From: an uncultured Thermoplasmata archaeon
GTDB taxonomy: Archaea; Thermoplasmatota; Thermoplasmata; UBA10834
Reading direction: 5' to 3'
Assembly (NCBI GenBank): GCA_963748615.1
Contig: CAVVJQ010000003.1
Location: 194,258 to 258,257 of the forward strand
Length of the DNA: 64,000 nucleotides
The notes beneath the pieces are model-generated. The model did not search any database. It was not told the DNA's origin and saw nothing but the letters and a program-made list of their open reading frames with translations. Positions within the stretch are counted from its first letter, which is position 1. The number at the start of each line of letters is the position of its first letter. A program made the position numbers and the translations under genes. Positions 62,465 through 64,000 of this stretch are shown here, piece by piece.

Positions 62465-63616
62465 ATGAGCGAAGAAACTAGTAAAGATTCAACTGATGTC
62501 CGTGGAAGGATTGCAGCTGTTCAGAAGGATCGCGGGAGAATCAAGCCGATGAAGTTGGTGATCGCAGCCGCCATCGTTGCTCTACTAATCGGAGTGGTTT
62601 TTGCTCTGCAGATTCTAAACTCCCATGGAAATGAGAATGTCACATTATCTGGTGCGGGAGCGACCTTCCCGTTTCCATTGATCTCGAAGTGGGTACAGGT
62701 CTACGAAAATGAGACCTCTGTGAGGGTGAGCTATGAAGGGGTTGGAAGCAGTGGAGGAATAAGCAGAATAGTCGATAATCTCGTGGATTTCGCCGGAACG
62801 GATGCTCCGCTCACGACCGACAAGGATGATCTTGGACTACTTCACATACCGGAGACATTGGGAGCCGTGGTATGTGCTTACAATGTACCCGAGATCGGAA
62901 ATGGCCTGAACCTCACGGGAGATGTGATCGCCGGGATATTCATGCTCAACATCACGAACTGGAATGATCCCGAGATTGCATCAATCAATCTTGGCATGAC
63001 CCTTCCGGACGAGCCGATAACCGTAGTCAGGAGGGCGGATGGCAGTGGAACGACATTCATCTGGAGTTCCTATCTCTCGAAGGTGAATGAGACTTGGATG
63101 GAGCTATATGGAGCATCGAAGACCATAGACTGGCCAACTGATACCATTGGGGGTACCGGAAACGGAGGAGTCGCGGGCGCGATGTCCACGACACCATACA
63201 GCATAGGGTATCTCGAACTCTCGTATGCGATTGAGAACGAAATCGATTACGCAGCCATCCAGAATTTGGAAGGGTTCTTCGTGCTTCCGTCGACCGAGTC
63301 CACGGTTGCAGCTGCTGCATCCAGCGCGGCAACGCTTCCGGCAGGGGATGAGAGCTGGGACGGCGTTGAGATACTCAATGCACCTGGAGATGATTCGTAT
63401 CCGATAGCCAGCTTCACATACATACTCGTATACAAGGAGCAGGCAGACAACCAGAAAGGAAAGGCGCTTGTATATTTCCTATGGTGGATGGTGCATGATG
63501 GACAGGAATATTCAGACAATCTCTACTATGCGCCATTGCCATCCGAAGTAGTCGAGCTCAACGAGGAGACTCTGAGATCCATAGTATGCGAGGGGGAGCC
63601 TTTGTACGATGAATAA
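62465..63616 (+). CDS. pstS: phosphate ABC transporter substrate-binding protein
   Basis: N-terminal TM/signal anchor, LSGAGATFPFPLISKWVQVY, YEGVGSSGGI, RADGSGTT. Confidence 0.9.
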   Translation: MSEETSKDSTDVRGRIAAVQKDRGRIKPMKLVIAAAIVALLIGVVFALQILNSHGNENVTLSGAGATFPFPLISKWVQVYENETSVRVSYEGVGSSGGISRIVDNLVDFAGTDAPLTTDKDDLGLLHIPETLGAVVCAYNVPEIGNGLNLTGDVIAGIFMLNITNWNDPEIASINLGMTLPDEPITVVRRADGSGTTFIWSSYLSKVNETWMELYGASKTIDWPTDTIGGTGNGGVAGAMSTTPYSIGYLELSYAIENEIDYAAIQNLEGFFVLPSTESTVAAAASSAATLPAGDESWDGVEILNAPGDDSYPIASFTYILVYKEQADNQKGKALVYFLWWMVHDGQEYSDNLYYAPLPSEVVELNEETLRSIVCEGEPLYDE

Positions 63617-64000
63617 CGAAGAAGGCGGCCCCAATGACCCAGCCCGTAATGGCTGGAATCTTCCGTCGGCTAGAATGGATGGGTTGAGGGAGACACTGAA
63701 TCAGCTCATCCTGACCTCGGACGGCCGGTTCCAGCTATTCTGCGGAACCCTTGCATTCTCAGCGGTCGCGATATTCGCTTGGATCGTGGGCTACCTCATC
63801 GAGGGAGCCTTTCCGGTGCTGGATTCGATGGGGTACAAATTCTTCACAGGGAGCACATGGAGTTTTAATCAAGGGGTTTTTGGAGCGCTTCCGTTCATCG
63901 GTGGAACACTCTACACATCCGCTGTGGCGATGATGATAGCAGTCCCAATCAGCGTAGGGATTGCCATATTCATCTCCGAGATCGCACCCAAATGGATCGG
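63609..64000 (+). CDS. pstC: phosphate ABC transporter permease PstC, N-terminal part (runs off the right edge)
   Basis: Absent from the ORF track because it is open-ended. The frame from ATG 63609 reads MNNEEGGPND...FFTGSTWSFNQGVFGALPFIGGTLYTSAVAMMIAVPISVGIAIFISEIAPKWI without stops; overlaps the pstS stop by 8 nt. Confidence 0.8.
   Translation, partial: MNNEEGGPNDPARNGWNLPSARMDGLRETLNQLILTSDGRFQLFCGTLAFSAVAIFAWIVGYLIEGAFPVLDSMGYKFFTGSTWSFNQGVFGALPFIGGTLYTSAVAMMIAVPISVGIAIFISEIAPKWI

Noticed and set aside
63751-63933. 60-aa plus ORF near the right edge
   Set aside because: It is an alternative frame of the open-ended pstC gene, whose frame from 63609 gives a clear PstC N-terminus.

Overview
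Coding-dense archaeal chromosomal window. Archaeal hallmarks include ribosomal protein L10e, RNase P Rpp21/Rnp4, Dph2, an archaeal-type ThrRS with an N-terminal editing domain, queE-queC-queD, and a Tes/ferredoxin/geranylgeranyl-reductase ether-lipid cluster. A Thermoplasmatota-like lineage is my inference only. I support about 57 protein genes; by eye there is no rRNA, tRNA or CRISPR array. Layout: (1) housekeeping block 1-17.9 kb: pheA fragment, leuA/cimA-leuC-leuD-leuB, a small hypothetical/wHTH islet, ACT, CorA-like, thrS, que genes, dph2, rpl10e, rnp4, yhbY-like, serS. (2) 18.2-25.3 kb: a 1478-aa membrane-anchored orphan protein whose only recognisable domain is a lamin-tail domain, flanked by two inverted CPA2 antiporter paralogs. 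(3) 25.4-30.7 kb: TrmB-like regulator plus secreted clostripain-like (C11) peptidase, divergent from tes-fdx-GGR. (4) 30.8-39.8 kb: envelope glycosylation island (GT-C/GT39, Dpm1-GtrA fusion, DedA, GT4, EamA, flippase, aminotransferase) with a stray hutI. (5) 40-56.6 kb: accessory mix holding a second and third C11 paralog, the third again preceded by a TrmB-like regulator divergent from an MMPL/RND transporter. It also holds a DASS transporter, GNATs, a nucleotidyltransferase, a solo IS605-type tnpB, an M20 peptidase and an AbrB+ABC-2 exporter. (6) 56.6-61.3 kb: an orphan non-pyrrolysine MttB homolog, a polytopic membrane protein and a Fic/DOC protein, each followed at its 3' end by a copy of a ~90-nt repeat (identical 29-nt box, variable 24 nt, identical 13-nt box). 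(7) 61.3-64 kb: phoU-like gene divergent from pstS-pstC. Best candidates for something undescribed: the giant LTD protein/CPA2 locus, the duplicated TrmB-to-C11 module placed opposite lipid genes, and the repeat family bracketing the MttB/membrane/Fic genes. All functional calls come from motif recognition in the translations; no database search was run.
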